A stretch of 64,000 nt of DNA, from positions 868,001 to 932,000 of the forward strand of contig JBODTK010000014.1 of the NCBI GenBank assembly GCA_050613775.1. Reading direction: 5' to 3'. This stretch comes from Neocallimastix sp. 'constans' (Eukaryota). The notes beneath the pieces were generated by a model that saw only the letters and a program-made list of their open reading frames with translations, was not told the DNA's origin and did not search any database. This document shows positions 21,901 to 34,750 of the stretch, in pieces. The translations under genes and the position numbers were made by a program. Position 1 is the stretch's first letter; each line of letters opens with the position of its first letter.

Positions 21901-23040
21901 ATTATTAATAAATACTCTTTTTTTTTTTATATTATTTATTATTTATTAATAAATACTCTTTATCATTATTCCATTATTTATTATTTATTAATAAATACTC
22001 TTTTTATTATTTATTATTTATTATTTATTAATAAATACTCTTTTTATTATTTATTATTTATTAATAAATACTCTTTATCATTATTCCATTATTTATTATT
22101 TATTAATAAATACTCTTTTTATTATTTATTATTTATTATTTATTAATAAATACTCTTTTTATTATTTATTATTTATTATTTATTATTTATTATTTATTAT
22201 TTATTATTTATTAATAAATACTCTTTTTATTATTTATTATTTATTATTTATTAATAAATACTCTTTTTTTATTATTTATTATTTATTATTTATTATTTAT
22301 TATTTATTAATAAATACTCTTTTTATTATTTATTATTTATTATTTATTAATAAATACTCTTTTTATTATTTATTATTTATTATTTATTAATAAATACTCT
22401 TTTTATTATTTATTATTTATTAATAAATACTCTTTATCATTATTCCATTATTTATTATTTATTAATAAATACTCTTTTTATTATTTATTATTTATTATTT
22501 ATTAATAAATACTCTTTTTTTATTATTTATTATTTATTATTTATTATTTATTATTTATTAATAAATACTCTTTTTATTATTTATTATTTATTATTTATTA
22601 ATAAATACTCTTTTTATTATTTATTATTTATTATTTATTAATAAATACTCTTTTTTTATTATTTATTATTTATTATTTATTATTTATTATTTATTAATAA
22701 ATACTCTTTTTATTATTTATTATTTATTATTTATTAATAAATACTCTTTTTATTATTCATTATTTATTATTTATTAATAAATACTCTTATTATTATTTAT
22801 TATTTATTATTTATTATTTATTATTTATTATTTATTAATAAATACTCTTTTTATTATTTATTATTATTCAATTATTTATTATTTATTATTTATTATTTAT
22901 TATTTATTATTTATTAATAAATACTCTTTTTATTATTTATTATTATTCAATTATTTATTATTTATTATTTATTAATAAATACTCTTTTTATTATTTATTA
23001 TTTACTATTATTCAATTATTTATTATTTATTATTAATTAT
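21900..23040. repeat. Compound satellite of (TTATTTA)n punctuated by TTAATAAATACTCTTTTT
   Basis: More than 20 copies of AATAAATACTCT separated by variable numbers of 7-bp units. Confidence 0.92.
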
Positions 23041-23046
23041 TTATCT

Positions 23047-23081
<35 letters not shown>

Positions 23082-23193
23082 CTTATAAAGTTATCTTTAT
23101 TTTTGGAAATAAATATGTAATAAATAAATAAAAATAAAAATAAAGTAATAATAAAAAATAAATCATAAATCATAAGTAATAATAATAATAATA

Positions 23194-23260
<67 letters not shown>

Positions 23261-23603
23261 GATGAAGAAGAAAAAGAAGAAGAAGAAGAAAAATATATTT
23301 CTATTTATGTTATGCAAAAAAATTCATTATGACTATTATTTGGTCATTATCAAAAAGAAATCATTTATTATTATTATTATTATTTTTTTTATTTTATGTT
23401 ATTTTCTTTTTTTTTTAACTTTTAATTTATTATCTTTAATGTTTGATTATCATTCTTGATTTCTAATATATTTTATTTTTTATACAAATATTAACTTTTT
23501 TTTTTTTTTTTTCAAAGGAAGAATAACTTATATTAATATATATATAACTATTATATTAATATATTAGTTTTATTTATACCTGTTAAATGATTATTTTAAC
23601 TTT

Positions 23604-24205
23604 GATAAAGGATAAAATTTTGAGGGATAGTTGGATAGTCGGGTCATTTCACCAAAAATTTTATTGTGGCGTATTATATGAAAATGGTATTAACTTAGCA
23701 GTTGCTAAGTTAATAACATTTACGATAAAGTGTTAATAGATAGATTTAACAGAGTTGCACACAGATCATAATATATTGTATTTCGAAAAAAAAAATAAAT
23801 AAATTTTTTATTATTTTTTTAATTTTATTTTTTTTATTATTATTTTTTTGTTTTTTAGTTTTTATTGTTTATTTCGTGGCGAATATAATACAACTTCATG
23901 TAATGCGCCACTTGGTGAAATGAATATCCCATATCCACAAATTTATCAGCTATTGAATTTTATTTGACTTTTTTATATATAAATTACAAACTATTACAAT
24001 CATATTATTTATTATTCAATTAAAATATTTATAGATGAAAGATATATTTAAAAAAAAAAAAAAAAAAAAAAGATGATTGAAGCAACATAAAAATAATAAT
24101 AGGCGAAAGAGATAGGTTAGAATAGGCAAGAATAGATTAGAAATCATATCACCTTTTGCTATTGTCATCATTATTCAATAAAAAAAAAAAAAAAAAAAAA
24201 AAAAA

Positions 24206-24239
<34 letters not shown>

Positions 24240-24272
24240 TTAGTAATAATAATAATAATAATAATAATATTA

Positions 24273-24308
<36 letters not shown>

Positions 24309-24405
24309 TTAGTAATAATAATAATAATAATTTAATATATATCTATAAAATTTTTATTCTATATTTCTAGTATAGGTATTAAACAAGGATATGATTATTA
24401 TGAGG

Positions 24406-24446
<41 letters not shown>

Positions 24447-25227
24447 CATTTAAGGAACCCCTTAACCCTCCTGGTTAGTTTTTACGATTATAACCAACAA
24501 AATACTTTCGGAATAGCAACCCTTGTTGTAAGTATTTAGCTCTAAAAGGCATAGTTTCTATAAAAGAGAGAGAGAGAGAGAGAGAGCCGTGTAGATCGCA
24601 CCAAGAATGGCGTTTTTTGAATCATTCTCAGAAGAAATGATTTGGTTCTTAAACAAAAACATCCCATTTCTTTTTTTTTTTTTTTTCATAATTTTAAATC
24701 AATAATGTCTGTATCTCTTCCATCAAGAAGGAAGTTATTATCATCGGTACCACGACATCACATATAAATATATATTTAAAAAAATTCATTCCTCAGAAAA
24801 TTACTTAAATATTAACACGATTTTCACTCATTGATCTATTCACTACATTATTAATAACGATACTATTATTTTCATTATTACAAATATTAATTATTCCTAT
24901 TTTCTTTATCACTAATATTACTATTACTAACAATATTATTACTACTACTATTATTATTAATATTAATGATATATTCTTCGTTACTACGATCAGAATCAGA
25001 ACTTGATTCTTCATTATTCATATCTGTGACAACAGGGTTTACATTACTATTTGATATTTGATATTGGAAAATATTTAGAAATTACTAAAAAAAAAAAAAA
25101 AATTTTCATAAAGAATTTCAAAATCCTTTATATATTATTTCATCCGAAATTCACAGAGGAAAAGATAGCAGTTTAGAAAAAAAAAAAAAAACCCCAATGT
25201 TCCAATTCGAGAATGACTATTTTTTTT

Positions 25228-25265
<38 letters not shown>

Positions 25266-26205
25266 GCAAATAAAAGTCACACGTTCTGGATAGTCGTCTT
25301 CAATCCTATTGGCGACTTTGGCAACACGGAGATATCTAATTTATATTCACATCTGGTATGAATGCTAAATTTGTCCATCAACCCTTAAACATAAATCATG
25401 GAAGATAAGTATAAGTTTTTCAATAAATTTTATGGCACTTAAACCCTCTATAACTTTCTTTACACTTTCATTAAGAATTAAGAATTATAATTCCTTAATG
25501 AAGAAAAGATAAGTAAAAACTTATTCTACATTCTTCTCCAGCTAAGAAATTTACGAAATTCATAATTGTTTTCTGGTCTAATAAAATCCTATAAACCTAC
25601 TTCCATTCCATAATTTAGAAATTCTAATTAACAATGTGATGATTTTTTTTTTTTTTTTTTTTTTTTTGCTATAATTTAATATTTTTTTTTAACCCATGGT
25701 CCATAGTTGATAAGAGAGATGATTACTATTTTTTTTTTTATTTTATTTTATTTTCACTACACTAGATTCTTCCTGGAATCATTCTTTTATCTGGAATCAA
25801 AAGTTTTGAAGAATTCCATTGGGATACCATCAGCAGAACCAACAGCTTTGAAGAATTCCATTAGAATATGGAATATCATCAGTCAGCAGGACCACAAGCT
25901 TTAAAAAGTTAGGCGTAGAGATGTGAGATTGCCTCGTTAATTTTCTTCATTATTTTCTTTTTCTTTTTCTTTTTCTTTTTTTTTTTTTTTTTTTTAAATG
26001 ATATCTTTTCAGTAAATTTTCTAATAGAATAATTTTTATGGATACTAAAAATCTTTATATGAAAAAAAAAAAAAAAAAATTTTTTTTTTTTTTTTTTATA
26101 ATTATAATTTACCAAATATATTATTCAACATCAAATAGTAATGGAGGCGTGGTGGTGGTCAACCGATATAAATGATGTAGTGAATCAAAATACTGATTCT
26201 GATAA

Positions 26206-26238
<33 letters not shown>

Positions 26239-26627
26239 CAGTTAATGAAGTTGTCTAATATTAAATTATAATTAATTAAAAATATAACAATGACAATAGT
26301 ATTGGTAATAATAGTTAATAGTATTGATAGTTGACAATGAAAAATTAGAGGGGAAAAATAAAAAAATCGTTTTTCAATAATTTTTTAAAAATTTAAGGAT
26401 AACAGATATATATATTTCACACGAGTGACGAAGAATGAAAGAGAGCCTGAGCATATATTATAAAGAGAGAGAAAGAGAGAGAGAAGGACAGTGTAGATGT
26501 AGGTGTAGATGTAGATGTAGGTGAGTATGGGTATTTGTATGGGTATGCTTGTGGGTAGGGGTAAGTATAGGTGTAGGTGTAGATGTGGGTATTTGTATGG
26601 GTATACTCGTGAGTAGGTGTAGGGGTA

Positions 26628-26676
<49 letters not shown>

Positions 26677-26834
26677 ATTTTTTTTTTTTTATGAAATTGA
26701 AATTGAAATTTTCTTTTATACCAAATGAATTTTCTAAATGAATTTTCTATTTTCTAGGTCTTTCCTAGCATCCCTTCATATCCTTTCCTTAAGAGAGATG
26801 ATAACAGAAGTATTTGGATAGTTAAGAGGAAAAA
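23604..26834 (+). ncRNA. Putative large structured non-coding RNA (candidate telomerase RNA or long hairpin RNA); boundaries approximate
   Basis: No credible ORF; GC above the flanks. Many nested inverted complementarities, e.g. 23644-23655/23912-23923, 23666-23682/23895-23911, 24989-24999/26193-26203, 25042-25055/26130-26143, 25159-25167/26002-26010, 25347-25354/25919-25926. Several non-Watson-Crick positions read as G.U on the + strand. Confidence 0.6.
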
Positions 26835-27003
26835 TAAATAAATAAATAAATAAAAAAATAGATTATTAAAGATATATATTGAAGATATATATTAAAAATA
26901 TAAAAAAAAAAAAATAATAATAATAAAAATAGATATATACTTAATTAAATTTTATATGTATAAAAAGTTAATGTTATTGAACATGCAAACTGAACAAATG
27001 TAT

Positions 27004-27070
<67 letters not shown>

Positions 27071-28280
27071 TAAATATTGAAAAATAAAATAAAATAAATA
27101 AATAAATAAATAAATATTAAAAAGAATAAAATAAAATAATAAAAATAAAATAAAATAAAAAAATAAAAAATACAATAAAATAAAATATATTATATATATA
27201 TTTAAATATATTAATAAATTTCTCTTAGGACGATGATAAAATATATAATTTAATTTAATTTTATTATTTTATTATTTTTATTTTAAAAGTTTTTTTTTTT
27301 TTTTTTAATAATAAATTCTATATTATTTTTTTTTTTTTTTTTTTTTTTATTTAATTCATTTTGATTGTAATTTTTTAGTTTTATTAGAATGATAATTTAT
27401 ATTTATATTGCTATTTATTATTGCTATTTTATTTTTTTATTTTAATTTTTTTATTTTCTTTTTCTTTCTTTTTTTTTTTTTTTTTTTTATATTTAATTAT
27501 AAAAAAAAGAAAAAAAAATTTAAACCCAATTGAATAAATATAAATTTTTTTTTCTTAATAAAACAATTATTACTTTATATAGATATATATTATTTTGTTT
27601 TTGTTAAATAAAAAATATAAAAACATCATCCTATCAATTTTTTTTTTTTTTAAAATAAAAAAAAATTTGTAATTAATTCTTATAAACTGTTTATAAAAAA
27701 AAAAATTAAAGTAAAAAAGAAAAAAAAAAATTTTTTTTTTCTTTTTTTTTTTTAAAAAAAATTTTAAAATGGTAAAATATTTATAGATACTATAAACTAT
27801 AAAGTTTATAAGAATAATTTTTTTTTTTTTTTAAAAAAAAAAAAATGTATTTAAATATATAGAATAATTCTATATATTTAACCAGAAAATATATATATAT
27901 ATTTATATAATTTATATATATTATTATTACTATACATATTATATACATATATTAGAAATATAGATATAATTTGATAGAGAGAGAATAAGGATAGGATGTT
28001 GTTTGTATATATAAAGTAATAATTTCTCTATAATTTTTTTTTTTTTTTTTTTTTGATTTTTGTTTTGTTTTTTGTTTTTTGTTTTTTGTTTTTTTATACT
28101 TTGTTTTTGTTTTTGTTTTATGTTTTTTAATTTCGTTTTGTTGATATATTAATATTATTATTATTATTATTATTTTTATCTTATATTATTTTATCTTTTA
28201 TTTATTATATCTATTTTTTTTTTAATTATACAAAACTATATATATATAATAATTATATATATTTATAGTTTTATGGATTT

Positions 28281-28311
<31 letters not shown>

Positions 28312-28359
28312 GAAATTAAAAATGGATGACTATTTGAAAATTCATTCCTTTCATTAAAC

Positions 28360-29109
28360 TTAATCTAATGGTATATTAGGAACATATGTCGTAGGTTTAG
28401 TTGGTGAAATTTTTGAAGTATTTAATTCATGGGAAATAACCGTTGAGGGATCCTTTGGACTGGAATGAGGATTAAGATAAGGATGAAGATGAGAATCTAA
28501 TTCATTATTAGATTGACCATTATTAGTAAGAATAGGACTACTATGGATACGGTAGGGTGAGTGAAGAGGACTATGATAACTTTTAGCAGAAAGAGGGGAT
28601 ACAGGTCTTAAATGATTTGGACTAGAAGGTATTTTTATATGAAGTTTAGCGGAATTCACATGTAATGAACTATCAGATTGTCTTAATTTTAATGTTTTTA
28701 AGGCATAATTACTCATTGGTTTATTTTCATTATTTGCCAAACCTGGTCCTTCTGCAATTAAATCATCAATGGTAGGTTCTTGGAATTTATTAAATACTGA
28801 AATACGACTATGAATATTTTTTGATGGTGATTTATTATCTATTATTATTAAATAAATAAATAAATAATAATTAATTAATAAATTAAAAGTATAATAATAA
28901 AAAAATATATATATATATATATATTTAAATAAAATAATAGCAATTATTATCATTATTTAATTTATAGATAGTTATGATTAATAAATTAAAAAAAAATATA
29001 TAAAATATTTATACATAAATAATTAAATAAATAAAATATATGTATATATATAAACTATGAACACAATATTGAAATATGTAATTATAATAATAATAATAAT
29101 AATAATAAT

Positions 29110-29157
<48 letters not shown>

Positions 29158-31066
29158 TCTTACTATTTGATATATTTTGAGTCTTGGCTAAGGGAGAGGA
29201 AGATAATGGAGAGACGATCGTCGTCTTATTTTCTGAAGTAGAATTAGCGTTGTTTGGAATACTATGACTTTTTGAGGTAGGTTTAAAAAAGGACATTCTA
29301 CTCTTCATCTTTATATTATCAGCTGATTTAGATTTTTTAAGAATATTAAAAATACCTAAACTTTTACGATTACTCTTTTTATCCTTTGATTTCTTTTCAT
29401 GTCCCGTTGGAACTCTAATTTCTTCTTCTCCTGGAACCACGGCATCCTCTGGTAAAACTTCTGGGGATTGATAATAATTCAAGGCCATTTCTTCATTATA
29501 ATTTGTAATATTCATTAAATTATTTCTATAATCCATCATTGGACGATGATAGGAAGGAATAGCATGATCCATATTTGGACTAGTAGCTTCTGGTTCTTCA
29601 TAATAGACACTACTACCATAAGGAACAGGTTCACTACCAACCTTTTCTTCATAATTTGGATCATTAATGGCTTCTAATGATTTAATTGGAGGTTTATAAT
29701 GAGCTAAATCTAATTGAGGATTCATTATTCCAGGAATCATCATTCTATTTTTAGAAGTTGTTCTTTTTGGACTAACGAATGTGCCTGGTAAATTTTTTTT
29801 GTTGTTAATTTCACCACCTTCCATTGGTGATTTTGTATTTTCTTTTCCATTTCCATTTCCATTTTCAGTTTCATTTCCATTTATATTTGTTGATTGGAGA
29901 TTGGTATTAGTATTAGCAGTACCTAATTGAGGTTGAGGTTGATTTTGTTCTTTCTTTACTTCTTTTTCTTTTTCTTCTTCTTTTTCTAGATAGTCATGTT
30001 CCCGTTTATCCTTAAAAGTACTAATTTCATTTGAGGTTGATCTTGGAGAAATTAATCTTGGATCCAAAGTTGATTGAGATTGCTTTCCAGTGGGAAGATG
30101 ATTAAACTGAGGCATAGAATTTTCAATTGTTGGTGCTCCCTTTTCAGTTTTTGCTTCAGTATCCATTGAAAGGAGCTCCGTTTCCTCTTCTTTTAAAGTT
30201 ATTTCATTTTCTTTAATGGTTCCAAGGGATTCAGTAATATCTTTTTGAATTAAAGTATTACTATCGTTGGTTTTATTTTCATCCGTATCATCATTTTTAT
30301 TTTCATTATTTTTAGCATTATTCTTAAAGAGATTAGCCTTTGAAAAATCAAGTTTAATTTTCTTACTACCTTTTGACTTCTCAAGTTCATCAACCTCCAT
30401 ATTATTAATTTTTTCCTGTTCTGCCTTACTAACCAATTTGACCTTATTTTCTTCAGATATACTATCATCATTAATACATTCAGAAATATCTGATTTATCC
30501 GAATTCTCATTCTTTGGTTTTTGATTACTATAATAAACGTTAGATTTTCTAGCTTCAACTCTTGATAAAGTCAATTCATACAATTCACGAAGAGTGATTT
30601 GTTCAACGTTTTCTATTGGTTTTCTATCATAAGCATCTTTACCATACCTTTATTATTATTCAAAAATGATAAAAAAAAATAATAATAATAAAATAAAAAA
30701 TTCATATAATATAAAATATATGTATATATACGATACAATAAAAAAAAAAAAAAGATATTTATAAATATATAAATATATAAGAATACACAATTATATTAAT
30801 ATTATTATTAAATTTAAATTAAAATATATATATATATTATTATAATAATATTATTACATCATAAATTAAAAATAAATATATAATAATATTATAAAATTAT
30901 AAATTAATAATATGTATAAATAGATAAATAGATATTGAGTTATCCATAACACTACTTACGTAAATTCGTACTCGACTTTTTGTTCAAAACTAACCGATTT
31001 TTTTGGTTTATTCAAGTACTTTTTAAATGGTAAGATGTAGTCTCTTTTATTATAAACAACATTCAT
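28360..31066 (-). CDS. Largely disordered protein, ~689 aa, with N-terminal RVxF-PhiPhi-R-type PP1-docking motif; exons 31066-30960, 30647-29164, 28838-28360
   Basis: ATG at 31066; donors GTAAGT and GTAAGA, acceptors AAG and TAG, phases consistent. Spliced N-terminus MNVVYNKRDYILPFKKYLNKPKKSVSFEQKVEYEFTYGKDAYDRKPIENVEQITLRELYEL. Confidence 0.8.
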
Positions 31067-31300
31067 TTTTGAATATTATTTTCTTTTTGGACAAAAAAAA
31101 AAGAAAAAGTTTTATCAAAATATAATACAATGTAAATTTATTAAAAAAAAATATAAAAGTTTATTATAAGAAAAAAAATTTTTTTTTTGTTTTTTAATTT
31201 TTAACTCTTTAGTTAATTTATGTGATTGTTATTGTTAAATATAGTTTTTTTTTTTTTTTATTTTGTATATACTTAGTATTTTTATACTTTCTTTTAATTA

Positions 31301-31331
<31 letters not shown>

Positions 31332-34012
31332 TTTTTTATAATCTGTTTTGATTATTTTTATTATTTTTATTTTATTTTTAAATTAAAATTTTTTATATAT
31401 CAGTATTTTACTGTCTTGTTCAAAATTTGTTGCTTGTATTTTTTTTCTAATATTTTGTTTATTCTTTATATTATTATTATTATTTTAATTTTTATTTTTA
31501 CTTTTATTTTAACAATATAAATAATAACAATAATAAACGAAAATTATAAATTTAATAAATACTTCAAATAAAAATGTGAATTCAAAATTAATTTTTAATG
31601 AAATGGTTTATTATTTTTATATTTTTTTCATTTATTATTATTATTATTATATTGATTATTATTTTTTTATATTTTTGTTTTAACTTTATTATTTTATTTT
31701 ATTTTATTTTATTTTTGATTGTAATATTAATCTTTTAAAAAAACATTTCCAAAACTATATATTAATAAGAAAAAAAAAAAAAAAGAAAAGAAAATTGTAA
31801 ATTTTAAATTTCTTAGTACAATAATAACACATAAAAAAATAAAAAAAGAATTAAGAAAACAAATAATTAATAATTTATTTTCTTTATTCTTTAACTCTAT
31901 ATATAATAATAAAAATGTTTTTTTTTTTTATTATTTTAAAAAAAAATAAATAAAAATAAAAATATAATAAATATAAAAAAAGATTTCAAATTTCTTTTTT
32001 ATATTTTATTTTATTTTATTTTATATATAAAAATTAAAATAACTTAAATATTGAAAAATAAAAAATTAAAGAAGAAAAAAAAAAAAAAAAAAAAAAATTA
32101 TTTTTATTTGAACGGAATAATAAATAATAAATAATAAATAATGGAATAATAAATAATAAATAATAAATAATAAATATTAAATAATAATAATAAGAGTATT
32201 TATTAATAAATAATAAATAATAAATAATAAAAAGAGTATTTATTAATAAATAATAAATATTAAATAATAATAATAAGAGTATTTATTAATAAATAATAAA
32301 TAATAAATAATAAAAAGAGTATTTATTATTAAATAATAAATAATAAAATTATAAATAATAATAAAATAGCTCATAATCAATGTAACCAATCTCATTAATA
32401 TAAGCAATATAAATAATCTATAGAATATAAAACATAATATATTTAATAAAAGTTATATACTACAATATTTATATAATAAATAATTAATATATATTTAATA
32501 TTACATATAATTAATATAGATATAATTTTATTCATATATTAAAAAATTAATAAAATTAATTGATTTTCATATATTTCCATTATTTCTTATATATGAGAGT
32601 TAAATGAGATTCATTTATTAACAATACAAAATAAAATACTTTAATATTGTATAGAGAAAGATAAAAAAAAAAAAAAAAATTTAATAAATTTTAATTAGTG
32701 ATATTAACATTTTAATTTTAATTATTAAAACTTTAATGATTATTAATAATAATTCAGATTTTATTATTTGTGATTGATTGAACTAATAACTTTTATTCAT
32801 TCATTCAATTTTATTTATATATTTATTTATTTATATTTATCCATTCATTCAATTTTATTTATTTATTTATATTTATCCATTCATTTAATTTTATTCAACA
32901 TTTATTAGTTATGACTTAATTATTCCTTTTCCATATATGATTAGTTATAATTTTTATATTTAATATCTTTTAATTATGAATTATGAATTATGAATTATGA
33001 ATTATTATTTAATATTTATTATTCATTTACTGGGTATGATTAATGATGATTAATTATGTAATATTTAGTAAACCATACTTTTTTTATATTACTTATTCGT
33101 GATTGTATTAATAGATGTACTTTTTTTTGTTATTATTCAATTTTTTATTTAATGATAGTAATTCAATTATTATTTGTAGTAGTACTTTTTTACCTATTTT
33201 TTCATGAAATTATTTAGTTATTTATTGTTATATTATTATTTAATATTAAATAGTTATTATTCATTAATGATTTATTATTATTAATGTTGAATTATTTAGA
33301 TAAACGATTCTGTAATGATTTAAAAACTCATAAATGAAAAATAAATAAAATAAATAATAAAAAGAGTATTTATTAATAAATAATAAATAATAAAAAGAAT
33401 ATTTATTAAATAATTAAATAATAAATAATAAAAAGTGTATTTATTAATAAATATTCCAATAATAAATAATTGAATTAAATAATAAAAAGAACAAAATGAA
33501 TATTTATTATTAAATAATAAATAATAAAAAGAATAAAATAAATATTAAATATTAAATATTAAATATAATTTATTATTTATTAATTATTAAATATTTATTA
33601 ATAAAGATTAAATATTAAATATTAAATATTTAATAATAAATAATAAAAGATTATCTATTAATACATAAAACATAAAAAATTAAAAAAAAATTTTTTAATA
33701 AAATATAAAATTTTTGTGTCATCTTCAACTAAGAATTTTAAATGGCACAAAAAATATTAAAAATTAAATTTATTACAGTCTATTCTTATATATGTTATAA
33801 TAAATAGATATCATATATTATCAATATATTTATAATGTAATGAATAAATAAATGAAAACTTTAAAATTAATAAAAAAAATTTTAAAAATTTTAAAAAAAA
33901 AATTTTTTTTAATATTTGATTTGGTTTAATTCAGATTTTTTTATTTTTAGTTTTTATTTGTTCCAACCGAAATATAACAAAAAAAATTTATGGAATAATA
34001 TTGGATATCTTT

Positions 34013-34297
34013 ATTTAATAATCATGTAATAATAATAATACTACTTAACTATTTAATAATCATTTAATAATAATAATACTACTTAACTATTTAATAATCA
34101 TTTAATAATAATAATACTACTTAACTATTTAATAATCATTTAATAATAATAATACTACTTAACTATTTAATAATCATGTAATAATAATAATACTATTCAT
34201 TATTTAATAATCATTTAATAATAATAATACTATTCATTATTTAATAATCATTTAATAATAATAATACTACTTAACTATTTAATAATCCATTTAATAA
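34013..34297. repeat. ~38-bp tandem repeat, ~7 copies
   Basis: ATCATTTAATAATAATAATACTACTTAACTATTTAATA recurring. Confidence 0.9.
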
Positions 34298-34750
34298 TAT
34301 TTATATCTTTTCTATCTACATTCAACTTTTTATTTCTCTTTCTCTTTACTTGTACACTTATATTTAAATCTATATTCACTTCCTATTTGCTTGTACATTT
34401 CTATTTGTATATAAAAGTGATGATAATATGTTCCTCATAATAAGAACATGTTAATAATAAAGAATTCAAGCAATTTATTATATAATTTTGAATGACATAA
34501 AAATGGATATTCGTCTTTATTAATAGAATTCATTTATCTTCTACATATTTTTCATTAAATCAATTAAATAATTAATAAAATAAAATTAAAGATGAAAAAA
34601 ATATGCAAGAAAAAACAATAAAAGAAAATAAAATTCATTGATTATAAAAGTTTGTTTAATAATAATAAAGTTCATTTATTCATTAGTAAAATCGTTAATA
34701 ATAATAAAAATTTGTAGAATTTTTATATGATAACTATTTATATTGTATAT

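Noticed and set aside
25800..25905. CTGATGA on the minus strand next to a hairpin (hammerhead ribozyme core?)
   Set aside because: The required GAAA does not follow the stem; the region is better explained as a short internal duplication (TTTGAAGAATTCCATT at 25805 and 25847)
26556..26570. ATACTTACCCC on the minus strand resembling the U1 snRNA 5' end
   Set aside because: Mismatch to ACTTACCTG, embedded in a hexamer repeat, and no U1 stem-loops or Sm site
29009..29163. Poly-Tyr C-terminus of ORF 29009-30583
   Set aside because: Read-through into an intron; a GTAAGA donor at 29163 splices in frame to 28838
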